Source: Candidatus Anderseniibacteriota bacterium (GTDB lineage: Bacteria; Patescibacteriota; Andersenbacteria; UBA10190). From it: a stretch of DNA of 64,000 nucleotides. A program made the translations under genes and the position numbers. This document shows positions 1 through 9,819 of the stretch, piece after piece. Below the pieces are notes generated by a model. That model was given only the letters and a program-made list of their open reading frames with translations, had not been told where the DNA came from and made no database searches. The DNA is taken from the NCBI GenBank assembly GCA_016197005.1, contig JACPWO010000002.1, positions 79,851-143,850 of the forward strand, read 5' to 3'. Every line of letters begins with the position of its first letter. Position 1 is the first letter of the stretch.

Positions 1-154
1 CGACAAGTCGGGTGCTGCCACGTGCAGCCTTGGCAATAGCGAAGTACGTGCGTGCGATCGCTCTGCCTCCTGAGAACCAAAACAAGGTTGCGCGATGGGA
101 TGGAGATAACGTTTCTCGAATCTTGCGGGTGAGGTGCAGAGAAAACTTATACAT
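1..154 (-). CDS. hypothetical protein, 5' end only (gene runs off the left edge of the window)
   Basis: Minus-strand ATG at 154-152; open frame MYKFSLHLTRKIRETLSPSHRATLFWFSGG... continues to position 1 with no stop. Not in the ORF track because it is incomplete. Confidence 0.25.
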   Translation of the reverse strand, partial: MYKFSLHLTRKIRETLSPSHRATLFWFSGGRAIARTYFAIAKAARGSTRLV

Positions 155-470
155 TGCCCTAAATATTCTTGTTTGGTTGAGGAAATCCTGATAAGCGCGT
201 CGGTTGCCTAAGAGGTACTTTTCTCCATTAAATGCATGAAAGCGCGAAGTGTGAGGGAAAAATTGGGACTCGGTTAGGTCAACTCTTGTCTTGTTTTTGA
301 TGTTTTTGGGCGCAAAAAGTGAATGCCGCTGGATGATTCGGTAGACAAGGGAAGTGCCGCTGCGGGGGTTTCCCATGATGAATACAGGTTTTTTGGGTCT
401 TTTAAGCATAGCTATACAATGCCACGAGAGTTTCGTATCCTGCCAATGGATGGCAGTTATACAGCACAAT

Positions 471-1202
471 ATGCGGTTTATCTTTCTCGGTCGACCGAAA
501 AGGGGATGTACGGCCGTGGCGCATTACCTGATAGAGAATTATGGGGGTGAATGGGTTTTACCTAGACCAAAACGAAGTCTGCTTCAGCGCAAGGTCATTG
601 TAAGTAAGAAACACGCCATGTTATCTGATCTATTGAAATATCAGTATATAGATGAGGAAACACTTAAGACCCATACTATCCTCATCACAATCCGTAATCC
701 TTTTGATCGTATTGTTTCGACGTACGAACATTCTCGCCACATATATTCATTGGTAGAGCCGGGAATTGAAAAAAGACTGATACTTGGTGGGTGGCCATAT
801 TTCACGCTACAAAAAGTTTCTAATTTTGATCGAGGCACTGCGTACTCTTGGGCAACATGGCAATGGAATCGTCTCAGAAAAGTAAATGCCATGTCATTTT
901 CTGAATACGTTCAGTACATTGGCAGAGTCAAGAACCAACCTTCGCTTACAGGGTTCCTTAAACCTCCTCCTGATATTAAAATAGTGCCAACAGTTAAGTA
1001 TATACGATACGAAAATCTGGCGGAAGATATATATGCATTTATGAAAGAACGAGGGATTACTCACCCCAAATCGTTGTCATATGTAAACGTGACTAGGAAA
1101 AATAAAAGGCCCTATCAAGAATATTATGACGATGACTCCCGACGTATTATTGAGCAAAAATACGCCGATGAAATTAAACAATTCAACTACACTTTTAATT
1201 AA
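471..1202 (+). CDS. sulfotransferase-family protein
   Basis: PAPS 5'-phosphosulfate-binding loop GRPKRGCTAV right after the start, and a 3'-phosphate-binding motif IRNPFDRIVSTYEH (RNPxDRxxS). I moved the start from the track's 354 to the internal ATG at 471 (MRFIFLGRPKRGCT), which puts the P-loop at the N-terminus as in this family. Confidence 0.55.
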   Translation: MRFIFLGRPKRGCTAVAHYLIENYGGEWVLPRPKRSLLQRKVIVSKKHAMLSDLLKYQYIDEETLKTHTILITIRNPFDRIVSTYEHSRHIYSLVEPGIEKRLILGGWPYFTLQKVSNFDRGTAYSWATWQWNRLRKVNAMSFSEYVQYIGRVKNQPSLTGFLKPPPDIKIVPTVKYIRYENLAEDIYAFMKERGITHPKSLSYVNVTRKNKRPYQEYYDDDSRRIIEQKYADEIKQFNYTFN

Positions 1203-1206
1203 GAGA

Positions 1207-3009
1207 TTAGGAAGATACTTGGTATAGCGTGAGGTCCTCACTACTCGTTTCCAGGGGTGCAAAATGTGGACACTCAAATGCGGGTAAGTAGATATATGTA
1301 AGATTGTTACGTTCAGCTATTTGTTTTTTTTGTTTACAGGTAGCTGCTCGGAAGCGATCCGGAAGCGTTGGGTCGAGGGATATTGTTCCGGACTTAGTTG
1401 CTGCTGGAAAATTACCGGTCGCTGTGCCAATAACAGTACCTTTCCATGGCAAACTGAGAAACTTTTGACCGGAAATATTGCTGAAGATACGTACATCGTC
1501 AGGATGCAAGTATCTATTAGCTGGTGCCGCGGGCCTAAACAACTGCCCCGTTTCAGGGTGGGTGAGGGTAAGTTTTTTCCAGTGGGTACGAGAAGTGTAT
1601 GTCGGAAGAAGTATCAGGAAGAATAATGGTACGGCGACAGAAAGCACACGGACAACTAATACTCGGTGCGGAAATGAACGCATTATATAAAGAGCATATC
1701 GAAATATCGTACTGAACCCAAAGCCAGCGGCCAGAGTGATAAGAAGGCTGGCGGTAATGATGGTGCGTTGTTGCCCAATAAGAACATGCCAAGGAGTAAA
1801 ACTGTATATGAGCCAGAGAAGAATGCTTACAGCCAGGGGGGCCAAGAGCCACCAGCGTTTTTGCCGAAATGCAAAATAAATACCAATGCTGGCTGCGGCA
1901 ACGAGCGGCCAAGGAATAATAGTGAACGGCGAATAGTGGGGAATGCCGCCCTCTGTGAAGTTTTGGTAGAGCAAAGCATTCTGCCACACATAGGATATAA
2001 ACCCACCAATTGTTCGGACGCTTTCGGGGGAACTGGCAACAAAAAAGAGGACAACCACAATGCCAGTCAGAATAGCGGCGCTCAGTGACAGGAGGGTAAT
2101 ACGGCGTTTGGTAGAGCTTGGTACATTTGTTGCTGTGAGAAGAGCAACTCCTAAAGCGGGAACTAGGAACAGGATTAGGGGTGGATAAAAAAGGAGCGTG
2201 ATGATGCTGCCGAGCAGTGCTGAATAGAGTGTGTGTCGGCTCAAGAAAAAAAGAGTGCAGAAAAGTCCCACCAAACCCATAGTTAGCGGTACCAATGTCC
2301 AGAGGCCAGGCAAATTTGCTCCTGACACAATATATAAACTACCTAAGGAAGCAAGTGCTGCTGGTGCGGAGTGAACATTTTGTTCTCGCAGTATAAGGTA
2401 CAGGAGCAAAACAATAATAGTATTGAAGGCGACAGATACCGCCGTGTAGTGTTGGACGGGGTCAAGGTTTAAAAGAAGAGTTAGGTTTGCTAAGAAACTG
2501 TGAGTGGCGGCTTCAAAGTTTGGAAAAGGTGCAGGTGGGTTGGTGAGTGGGTTTCCGACCGGTAAACTCTTGGTGGCAATGGCTTGTTTTATGAAAGCAA
2601 TTGCATACCACTCGTCCACGTAATAGGGGTAAGGGTAATCACGACTGTTTTTCACTTCACGCACAGTTGAAGCGATGTCGGTAGTAGGCCCGGTGTAATA
2701 AAAATGAGCAGCTCCTAAATATAAAATCGAAATAACAACAACTATTACTGCCATGTAGTCAAAGTGACGCCATGACGGTAGATGAATGTGCCAATGCTGA
2801 ACGAAACCAAGTATAAGGAGGGCAATGAGGTGGATTGTGAGCAGAACGGGATACGTGAAGAAGTGAACCGATTGAGTGGTGAGGGCCACAATAGTATGAA
2901 AACCAATAACTCCGCTTAGTATGAGAACAAACCGGAAACGACTCGTGCTGCTTCCTAACAGAAAAGGAACCAGCAAGAGAGCAAGGCCAGCGAGGAATTG
3001 TATGAGCAT
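1207..3009 (-). CDS. polytopic membrane protein, possible GT-C type glycosyltransferase
   Basis: 600 aa. More than 12 predicted TM helices over the first ~480 aa, then a soluble C-terminal domain. I see no recognisable catalytic motifs; the call rests on topology only. Confidence 0.35.
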   Translation of the reverse strand: MLIQFLAGLALLLVPFLLGSSTSRFRFVLILSGVIGFHTIVALTTQSVHFFTYPVLLTIHLIALLILGFVQHWHIHLPSWRHFDYMAVIVVVISILYLGAAHFYYTGPTTDIASTVREVKNSRDYPYPYYVDEWYAIAFIKQAIATKSLPVGNPLTNPPAPFPNFEAATHSFLANLTLLLNLDPVQHYTAVSVAFNTIIVLLLYLILREQNVHSAPAALASLGSLYIVSGANLPGLWTLVPLTMGLVGLFCTLFFLSRHTLYSALLGSIITLLFYPPLILFLVPALGVALLTATNVPSSTKRRITLLSLSAAILTGIVVVLFFVASSPESVRTIGGFISYVWQNALLYQNFTEGGIPHYSPFTIIPWPLVAAASIGIYFAFRQKRWWLLAPLAVSILLWLIYSFTPWHVLIGQQRTIITASLLITLAAGFGFSTIFRYALYIMRSFPHRVLVVRVLSVAVPLFFLILLPTYTSRTHWKKLTLTHPETGQLFRPAAPANRYLHPDDVRIFSNISGQKFLSLPWKGTVIGTATGNFPAATKSGTISLDPTLPDRFRAATCKQKKQIAERNNLTYIYLPAFECPHFAPLETSSEDLTLYQVSS

Positions 3010-3069
3010 ACTGACATTATAACATGCAAAAAACTGGCATCATTTATCTACTCTTGTCATAGTTTACGT

Positions 3070-4326
3070 ATGGGAAAAGTCAAAGAAACACCGATTTGGG
3101 ACGAAGGAGTACAGATGTCACATTTTCCGGCACTAACAGGTTCTGAAGAAACCGAAGTAGCTATCATCGGAGGCGGAATCGCTGGTCTCTCAGCAGCGTA
3201 CTTACTATCGCAAGCTGGTATTAGGAGCGTACTACTAGAAGAAAACAAGATTGGTCATGGCGCAACTGGTGTCACCACTGCTTTTTTGACGCAATACATC
3301 GATACAGAAATAAATGACTTAATAGCAATGTTCGGACAGGAAAAAGCACGAGCGATTTTTGCTTCTCATGCCGCTGCCATAGACATCATTGAGCAAATAA
3401 TTGCGGAAGAAAGAATTGATTGTGAATTTACTCGCTGTGTCAACTACATATATGCAAACAGTGAAGATGAGAACAAGAAATTACTGGATGAAGAAAAGGT
3501 AGCACACGACCTAGGGGTTGAAATGCAATTTAAAGCCCGTGGTTTGCCTTTTACATCAGCCGGATATTTAGAACTTCCGCGACAGGCAAAATTCCACCCG
3601 CTCAAGTATGTAAAGGCATTAGTAAATGCTAATCGAGGTCGTGGGGTTACAATGTATGAAGAAACAGAAGTAAAAAGCATTACTTCGCAAGTCAGTGGGG
3701 TGCTTCTGAAAACAGCCGGCGGTTCAGTACACGCCAAACATGCCATCGTTGCAACCTATGCACCTTTTGATAAAAAACTTTATTTCAAAAAAGCGTTTTA
3801 CACCACCTATATCATTCAGGGATCTCTTCCGAAAAAAACAGTGGCCGAAGGAATTTACGAAGATATGGCCAACCCTTACCACTATTTCCGAGTGGATAGG
3901 AATAAGGAAAAAGATCGAGTCATTTTAGGGGGAGCTGACCACCGTTCAGATATTCCAATGAATGCAGAAAAAAACTTTACGTCACTGGAAGATTACGCTA
4001 AGAAATTATTCCCTGATGTTTCTTTTAAGGTTGATCGGCGCTGGAGTGGTCCAATTATAGAATCGGTAGATGGGTTAGCCTTTATTGGTCCCATGCAAGA
4101 AAAAAACGTATTCTACGCGACCGGTTTTTCTGGCAATGGTATGACATACGGAACTATTGCTGCCAAAATGGCTACCGACTATATAAAGGGACGAAGTAAT
4201 CCATGGCAATCACTGTACGATCCAATGCGGGTGCCAACAGTAAAACAGCTTGCGTATAAAGGACAAGACTATACTCGCGAACTTTTTGGAGGAGCCGTAA
4301 AAAATACTATTGGGCAGCGCGACTAA
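3070..4326 (+). CDS. FAD-dependent oxidoreductase (DAO family, glycine/D-amino-acid oxidase-like)
   Basis: Rossmann dinucleotide motif VAIIGGGIAGLSAAYLL near the N-terminus; C-terminal GFSGNGMTYGTIAAKMATDYIKG typical of DAO-fold flavoenzymes. The track ORF starts at 2998; I prefer an internal Met (3070 or 3115) so it does not overlap the upstream convergent gene. Confidence 0.7.
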   Translation: MGKVKETPIWDEGVQMSHFPALTGSEETEVAIIGGGIAGLSAAYLLSQAGIRSVLLEENKIGHGATGVTTAFLTQYIDTEINDLIAMFGQEKARAIFASHAAAIDIIEQIIAEERIDCEFTRCVNYIYANSEDENKKLLDEEKVAHDLGVEMQFKARGLPFTSAGYLELPRQAKFHPLKYVKALVNANRGRGVTMYEETEVKSITSQVSGVLLKTAGGSVHAKHAIVATYAPFDKKLYFKKAFYTTYIIQGSLPKKTVAEGIYEDMANPYHYFRVDRNKEKDRVILGGADHRSDIPMNAEKNFTSLEDYAKKLFPDVSFKVDRRWSGPIIESVDGLAFIGPMQEKNVFYATGFSGNGMTYGTIAAKMATDYIKGRSNPWQSLYDPMRVPTVKQLAYKGQDYTRELFGGAVKNTIGQRD

Positions 4327-4400
4327 AAGTTGTCAGAAACAGTAACACTCTTGAGTCATATATTATTGACCCCATCACTTTCTCACTGCACGGTAAAGCT

Positions 4401-4505
4401 ATGAGTTTCTTGGGAAAACTTGGAGCAGGTGCGGTGATGCGTTTCTTGGGATTTTCTATCCCAGCCATCATAATCATTTTGCTTGTGTGGTCACTGCTTG
4501 ATTAG
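4401..4505 (+). CDS. possible 34-aa hydrophobic micropeptide
   Basis: ATG at 4401, MSFLGKLGAGAVMRFLGFSIPAIIIILLVWSLLD*. One TM-like segment, no RBS. Lies in the gap between two convergent genes. Could be spurious. Confidence 0.15.
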   Translation: MSFLGKLGAGAVMRFLGFSIPAIIIILLVWSLLD

Positions 4506-5365
4506 GCTGCAGTTGTGTCTCCGCCAAGCAGCGTAAGCACTTCCCCGGTCACGTACGAGGAGTTAACATTCGAGGCGAAGTATACATACGCTGGCGCAAT
4601 TTCTTCGGGCTGAGCAGGACGTCCTAATGGCGTATCTTGTCCAAATACGGCTACTTCCTTAGCGGGTTTATCTGACGGATTTAACGGTGTCCACACGGGG
4701 CCAGGGGATACAGCATTCACGCGAATGCCTTTTTCAACAAGCTGTTGTGCTAAGGATTTTGTGAAAGCATGAATAGCGCCTTTTGTTGAGGCGTAGTCAA
4801 TTAAGTTTTTATTTCCTTCCAGACCGGTAATAGAGCCGGTATTGATGATGGCACTACCAGACCTTAGGTGTGGCAGTGCCGCTTTTACAACGTAAAAGTA
4901 TCCATAGATATTGGTTTTAAATGTTTGGTCCCATTGTTCTTCGGATATATCCTCCAAGTTTTTTTGATGTTGCTGAAAGGCAGCATTGTTGACTACGATA
5001 TCCAGTTGTCCAAATTTCTTTATCGTCTTTTCAACCGTCTCCTGACAAAATGAGGAATCAGAAACATCGCCAAACATAAACATACAATCTGTGCCTTCTC
5101 GCTGTACTGCTTCCTCGGTTACTTTGGCGTCAGATTTTTCTTCGGGCAGACATATGCCGGCAATGGAAGCACCTTCTCGAGCAAAGAGAACAGCGACTGC
5201 TCGACCGATGCCAGAATCTGCTCCCGTGATAAGAGCAATCTTGCCTTTCAATTTTTCTGATCCTTTATAAAGAGGTGCTTCGAAGTGTGGTGATGGTGAA
5301 AGTTTAGATTCCAGACCAGGCTTTTTCTGGTGCTGGGCCGGGAAGGGAGGCTTTGGTTGATTCAT
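4502..5365 (-). CDS. SDR-family oxidoreductase, YghA/YhdF/GsiB-like
   Basis: TGADSGIGRAVAVLFAREGA (NAD(P)-binding) and YASTKGA (YxxxK). The C-terminal VFGQDTPLGRPAQPEEIAPAYVYFAS closely matches E. coli YghA as I remember it. The track ORF runs to 5428, but that extra stretch overlaps the small upstream gene in another frame. I start at the Met of MNQPKPPFP (5365). Confidence 0.85.
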   Translation of the reverse strand: MNQPKPPFPAQHQKKPGLESKLSPSPHFEAPLYKGSEKLKGKIALITGADSGIGRAVAVLFAREGASIAGICLPEEKSDAKVTEEAVQREGTDCMFMFGDVSDSSFCQETVEKTIKKFGQLDIVVNNAAFQQHQKNLEDISEEQWDQTFKTNIYGYFYVVKAALPHLRSGSAIINTGSITGLEGNKNLIDYASTKGAIHAFTKSLAQQLVEKGIRVNAVSPGPVWTPLNPSDKPAKEVAVFGQDTPLGRPAQPEEIAPAYVYFASNVNSSYVTGEVLTLLGGDTTAA

Positions 5366-5366
5366 A

Positions 5367-5546
5367 TTATTTCCGTTTTTTAGGAACCTTCTTTCCTTTT
5401 TTCCGAGCTTGCGACAGACCAATTGCAATCGCTTGTTTACGGCTCTTTACTTTCTTATTGCTGCGACCACTTTTTAGTTTTCCTCGTTTGTATTCGTGAA
5501 CGGCTTTTTTCACCTCTTTTTGTGATCCTCGACTGTATTTAGCCAT
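5367..5546 (-). CDS. small basic protein (59 aa), lysine-rich
   Basis: Not in the ORF track because it is under 60 aa. I translated it by hand: MAKYSRGSQKEVKKAVHEYKRGKLKSGRSNKKVKSRKQAIAIGLSQARKKGKKVPKKRK*. Its TAA stop is 1 nt from the ATG of the downstream SDR gene, so the two are translationally coupled. Confidence 0.5.
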   Translation of the reverse strand: MAKYSRGSQKEVKKAVHEYKRGKLKSGRSNKKVKSRKQAIAIGLSQARKKGKKVPKKRK

Positions 5547-5640
5547 AGAAAATAGTTAGAAGTTATATCTTCTACTTTTCCCTTCTTATCAAGAGATTCA
5601 ATATGACAACATATCGGTGTTGTCATAATCTTTAACATTT

Positions 5641-6243
5641 TTATAAGTCGAGAACTTCTTTGGGGTCTAGGAAGTTTTCTAGTTCCTCTTTCGTTTGAAC
5701 GTACCCGCGGACATCAATATCGTGCCCTTTATGAATACCTAAATGAAGATGTTTTCGGGTGTGTCCACTTTCTTCACTGTTAGCTGGAGCTAATATACCG
5801 ATCTTCTCACCTGATGTAACAGTTGCGCCGGAAGACGCGAGAGAATCAAGATCGAGGTGTCCATAGATAACAGTGACATCCTCTCCCTGAAGGTTACAGC
5901 GCTGCACCACTAAGCCACCGTATCCACTTACGAGCCCACTTTGTATAACTTCCCCCGCACACACTGCCATTACGGGAATATCATCATCTACTTCATTCTG
6001 ATGTATCTCTAAGTCCAACGCGGTATGAAAACCAATAAAACGTTCAGGCGGAGCGATCGGATTTTGGGCTGGGTCAGGGGTGACATACATCCCAAATGTC
6101 AGAAGCTGGGGACGTTCTTTGCTACCCGGAAGTGGATCGTACGCAGCTATCCTAAGAAAACTGCCTTCCATAGTTTGAGAAAGGAGGACTAAGGCGCCTA
6201 CAAGAAGTATACCAATACCGATAATTGCAACCGCTGTCTTCAT
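5641..6243 (-). CDS. M23-family (LytM-type) peptidase, membrane-anchored
   Basis: N-terminal TM/signal MKTAVAIIGIGILLVGALVLL; M23 metal-ligand motifs HTALD (HxxxD) and HLHLGIH (HxH), plus YGHLD. Confidence 0.7.
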   Translation of the reverse strand: MKTAVAIIGIGILLVGALVLLSQTMEGSFLRIAAYDPLPGSKERPQLLTFGMYVTPDPAQNPIAPPERFIGFHTALDLEIHQNEVDDDIPVMAVCAGEVIQSGLVSGYGGLVVQRCNLQGEDVTVIYGHLDLDSLASSGATVTSGEKIGILAPANSEESGHTRKHLHLGIHKGHDIDVRGYVQTKEELENFLDPKEVLDL

Positions 6244-6294
6244 ACCCTGTATTCTGAAGGTGCAATCAAAAAAGGAAAGGCCTTTTTATATTCA

Positions 6295-7635
6295 GTGAAG
6301 TATGATGGACACGTGAGGACAGTTATTGCGAAATTTATTCCGCGTGGCAGCATTATTTTAGCTGTAACCACATTTGGATCGTATGCTGCTGGACTCTTAC
6401 GTGATCGTATTCTGTCTCAGAAATTTGGTGCTTCGGTTATAACAGATGCGTATAATGCAGCATTCCTTCCTTCAGATTTTCTTTTTAATCTACTGGTTGC
6501 GAGCGGTATTGCTGCAGCGGGGGTACCGCTTTTTATCAGCATTTACAAGAATAATAAAACCAAAGCGCATGATTACATGAATGCGCTTCTTGTGACTGCT
6601 ACAGCAACAATGATCGTTGTTGGTGTGGCTATCTTTCTCTTTGCTTCTTCACTCAGTCATCTCGTTGCGCCCGGGTTATCCGAGGAAGGTCGACAAACCA
6701 CGATACAACTCATGCGAATCTTAGCGTTTTCTCCTATTTTATTTGCTGCATCTAATGCTCTTGGTGCGTTCTTGGTCGCTCAAAAAAGATTCTTGTGGTA
6801 CGGCCTGTCACCAATGATGTACAACGTAGGCATTATTGGTGGCGTCCTGCTTCTGACGCCTAGGATGGGGATTATAGGCGCAGCTTGGGGCGCGCTGATA
6901 GGAGCTGGATTACATCTACTTGTGCGAGTAGTAGATGCAAGTCTGTCTGGTTGGAAATTAAGATTTGCGTATGACTGGCCAAAAGCCGAGATGAAAAAAA
7001 CATTTCAACTAATGGCTCCTAAAATGATTGGACATCCGGTTGAGATGGTAACGTTCTGGATTTTTACGAGTTTAGCTTCTTTGCTTGAGCCCGGCTCAAT
7101 TACAGCACTGAATTTGGCACGAAACTTCCAAAGTGTACCAGTAAGTCTTATTGGTATTGCGATTGCAACTGCTGTGTTTCCTTCACTTGCTCATGCAGCA
7201 GTATCTTCACGTAAGGAACTGCATCATCTTTTTCAGCGCACGGCTGGCACAATCCTCCTCATTAGTGGCACAGCGGCTCTCATTATCTTTGTTAGTCGTC
7301 GGCTTCTAATATCTGTGCTTCTTGGAGGGGGAGAGTTTGATGAGATAGCTATTGCAAAAACTGCTCTCCTGCTCGGTGTATTTTGTCTATCTATTCCAAC
7401 CGAATCTGTAAGTCACCTTTTAGCCCGGACATTTTATGCCGCTCAAAATACAATAATTCCTGTTGTATTTAGTGTTATTAACCTTATCGTTGCCGGTAGC
7501 AGTGCATACATTCTTACCCAGGAAATTGGTATTGCTGGACTTCCGCTTGGATTCTTTTTAGGAAGTTTTGTGAAGTCTGCCGGATTGTATATCGTTCTTT
7601 TGCGTAAACGAGATAATGTTAGCCAACAAGGATAA
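6295..7635 (+). CDS. murJ: lipid II flippase MurJ (MviN family)
   Basis: About 14 TM helices. N-terminal signature GLLRDRILSQKFGASVITDAYNAAFLPSDFLFNLL matches the MurJ RD..A..FGA...DAF...P motif. GTG start. Confidence 0.75.
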   Translation: MKYDGHVRTVIAKFIPRGSIILAVTTFGSYAAGLLRDRILSQKFGASVITDAYNAAFLPSDFLFNLLVASGIAAAGVPLFISIYKNNKTKAHDYMNALLVTATATMIVVGVAIFLFASSLSHLVAPGLSEEGRQTTIQLMRILAFSPILFAASNALGAFLVAQKRFLWYGLSPMMYNVGIIGGVLLLTPRMGIIGAAWGALIGAGLHLLVRVVDASLSGWKLRFAYDWPKAEMKKTFQLMAPKMIGHPVEMVTFWIFTSLASLLEPGSITALNLARNFQSVPVSLIGIAIATAVFPSLAHAAVSSRKELHHLFQRTAGTILLISGTAALIIFVSRRLLISVLLGGGEFDEIAIAKTALLLGVFCLSIPTESVSHLLARTFYAAQNTIIPVVFSVINLIVAGSSAYILTQEIGIAGLPLGFFLGSFVKSAGLYIVLLRKRDNVSQQG

Positions 7636-8407
7636 CGACTTTTCGTCCAAGTTCAATTTGTTGATCGGAGCGCCAGTCGTGCATTGCATTCATAATTGTC
7701 TCTTCGCTGTAGAGGAAGTCAGCACCACGTCGTGTGCCAGGGTCATTTACGATGAATCTGCCATCGTCGGTATATCCCTTAATAACTAACATGTGATAGA
7801 GCGGTCCAGGTTGTTGGAAGTAAGGATTACCAAGTAAGCGCCCGGCAGCTGGGACAAGGACGACTTTTCCGGCAGCCAGTGCCTCTTTCATACCAGCAAC
7901 GGTTGGGTCAGGTACAACTTTAACCGCTGTAAGTTTGAAGTGGTCGGTTAAGACTTTAGCTGTTTCGGCGGCCGTTGTGTCTTCGTAATAGCCGAATTGT
8001 TTTTCTTCGAATGTCTTTATTTTCAGCATTTCAGTATCGGCCACGGTCGCATTAGGGATTGGTTTGCCCTGAACATAGAACGCAGCCATGAGAGCTGAGG
8101 CTTCTTCGCAGAATTCTTTATATGGGGCTTCCCATTGGGCATTTGGGGCTTGCACGGTAAAAGGGACAGCTAAATTTACACTGGCTTTGAGTGTCTCGGG
8201 ACGCGCGGTTTCGGTGGGAACTGGCCGAGGAGTAACGGCTGGTTGGGCATCTGTTGGTTGTGTCGTAGGTTCGGGTATATATGCCACTGGACTAGGGAGA
8301 GAGGCACGCTCGTAACTTCTTACAGCTTCATCCCGGTAACGCCAGGCAAGCCCGGCGATGCCGATTACTATAATGATAGTAATGACTGAATATATAGTCT
8401 TCTTCAT
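7619..8407 (-). CDS. secreted protein with C-terminal C39-like (papain-fold) peptidase domain
   Basis: TM/signal MKKTIYSVITIIIVIGIAGLAW, then a Pro/Thr-rich linker. CEEASALMAAFY resembles the C39_2 catalytic-Cys stretch (C..AS.LM), and YHMLVIKGY could hold the His. Start set at 8407 behind a GGAGGT RBS. Confidence 0.45.
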   Translation of the reverse strand: MKKTIYSVITIIIVIGIAGLAWRYRDEAVRSYERASLPSPVAYIPEPTTQPTDAQPAVTPRPVPTETARPETLKASVNLAVPFTVQAPNAQWEAPYKEFCEEASALMAAFYVQGKPIPNATVADTEMLKIKTFEEKQFGYYEDTTAAETAKVLTDHFKLTAVKVVPDPTVAGMKEALAAGKVVLVPAAGRLLGNPYFQQPGPLYHMLVIKGYTDDGRFIVNDPGTRRGADFLYSEETIMNAMHDWRSDQQIELGRKVVILVG

Positions 8408-8414
8408 ATATCTG

Positions 8415-9032
8415 TTACCTCCAGAATAATAAAAGGGCGGCGAGAGCAGCCATGCCAAAATCCTCAATGAGCGTGACGGACGTAAGCGGCACCTTTAGTA
8501 CCGTTCCCAAACACACACAGTGAATCTGTTCTCTTTTTACCATCTTAAGAGCTACCCCAACTCCGCTAAAGATCATTACGATCAACTCAGTCCACAGCAC
8601 CGCTCGCATCTGAAAACTGAGAATCATCGCAAAGGCAAAAAAGAGTTCGATAAAGGGGTATACATATCCGTATCCGAAAAATCTTTGCGAGAGGAGATCG
8701 TATGTCGAGTATCCTTCGGCAAATCCTTTTAGGTCCAGCAACTTAAATCCACCAAACGTTAAGAAAAAACCAATCATGAAGTACGTTGCGGTTGCAGACC
8801 AAGAAAATACGCCTTGCGTAACATCCCGGTAAGCAACCATGCCGGCTGTTGTGAGCAGAAGAGTAATAACAACGAGGAGTGGTACGTAGTTTTTCCACGT
8901 TAGTGGTCCGAGCCCTTGGTCTTCCGATCGGGCTGGCGCGCGATCCTCACGCACAAGACTCATCCCACATATTGAGCACCGTCCAGGACCTTCGCTTCGT
9001 ACATTTGGGTGCATGGGACATACGTATGCCAT
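8415..9032 (-). CDS. DoxX/MauE-like membrane protein with N-terminal CPxH...CxxCGM metal-binding ribbon
   Basis: N-terminus MAYVCPMHPNVRSEGPGRCSICGMSL is the heavy-metal-binding YHS/HMBD-type motif (PMHP...PG.CP.CGM). It is followed by about 4 TM helices of DoxX/MauE type. Confidence 0.55.
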   Translation of the reverse strand: MAYVCPMHPNVRSEGPGRCSICGMSLVREDRAPARSEDQGLGPLTWKNYVPLLVVITLLLTTAGMVAYRDVTQGVFSWSATATYFMIGFFLTFGGFKLLDLKGFAEGYSTYDLLSQRFFGYGYVYPFIELFFAFAMILSFQMRAVLWTELIVMIFSGVGVALKMVKREQIHCVCLGTVLKVPLTSVTLIEDFGMAALAALLLFWR

Positions 9033-9059
9033 AGAGTTTCTTATAATAACGAGTACTAA

Positions 9060-9815
9060 CTACTGTTTATTGTGAGATTGCTTAGCTAGACCCTCAACAG
9101 CGCGGAGCACCTCTAAAGGAATTGCGAATATGACTGTATTTGACTGATCAGAACTCAAATCATTTAAGGTGTTAAGTGTTCGCAGATGAAGAGCTCCGTC
9201 TGCCTGCGACAAAATCCCGGCTGCCTTAGCAATATTTGAGGCTGCAATGACCTCGCCTTCAGCCTTAATAATGACCGATCGTTTTTCTCGCTCCGCTTCC
9301 GCCTGTCGACCAATCACCCGCTTCATCTCCTCCGGCAGTGTGACATCCTTCAATTCTACTGACTGCACTTCAATTCCCCAGGCATCAGTGGCTTTATCGA
9401 CAATTGCTCGAATGCGCTCGGCGATTATATCTCTCTTAGAAAGCAGCTCATCTAAATTCACCTCACCGATCACGTTCCGCATAGTCGTTTGTGCCAGCTG
9501 AGAGACAGCATAATAAAAATCTTCTACCTCAATAATCGCTTTCTCAGCGCCGCTAACTTTGTAGTAAATGACAGCATTTACTGTTACCGAAATATTATCT
9601 TTCGTAATAGCCTCTTGATCAGGGACATCAACTGCCTTAATACGCATATCCACCTTTTGGTATGTTTGAACTACCGGAAACACCAGACGCCATCCCGGCT
9701 CCATGATCTTAGAATATTTTCCAAGAGTAAACTTTACTCCCCGCTGATACTGATTAATCTGCCGAATGGATACAATAACAATGAAGAGTGGTAAGAGAAA
9801 AAGATATTCGTACAT
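9060..9815 (-). CDS. SPFH/band-7 (stomatin/prohibitin-like) protein
   Basis: N-terminal TM, then the SPFH core QRGVKFTLGKYSKIMEPGWRLVFPVVQTYQKVDMRIKAVDVPDQEAITKDNISVTVNAVIYYKV, then a coiled-coil tail. Confidence 0.85.
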   Translation of the reverse strand: MYEYLFLLPLFIVIVSIRQINQYQRGVKFTLGKYSKIMEPGWRLVFPVVQTYQKVDMRIKAVDVPDQEAITKDNISVTVNAVIYYKVSGAEKAIIEVEDFYYAVSQLAQTTMRNVIGEVNLDELLSKRDIIAERIRAIVDKATDAWGIEVQSVELKDVTLPEEMKRVIGRQAEAEREKRSVIIKAEGEVIAASNIAKAAGILSQADGALHLRTLNTLNDLSSDQSNTVIFAIPLEVLRAVEGLAKQSHNKQ

Positions 9816-9819
9816 AAAT

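Noticed and set aside
1553-2088. Antisense or alternative-frame ORFs inside the 600-aa membrane protein gene (1553..1987, 1768..2088, 1827..2060).
   Set aside because: They are shadow ORFs embedded in a long, well-supported opposite-strand coding region. They show no RBS and no motifs.
4502-5428. The long N-terminal extensions given by the track for the SDR gene (to 5428), MsrA (from 17651) and MsrB (from 18198).
   Set aside because: The extensions overlap upstream genes or structural elements. Internal starts (5365, 17681, 18231) give canonical N-termini and tight operon spacing.
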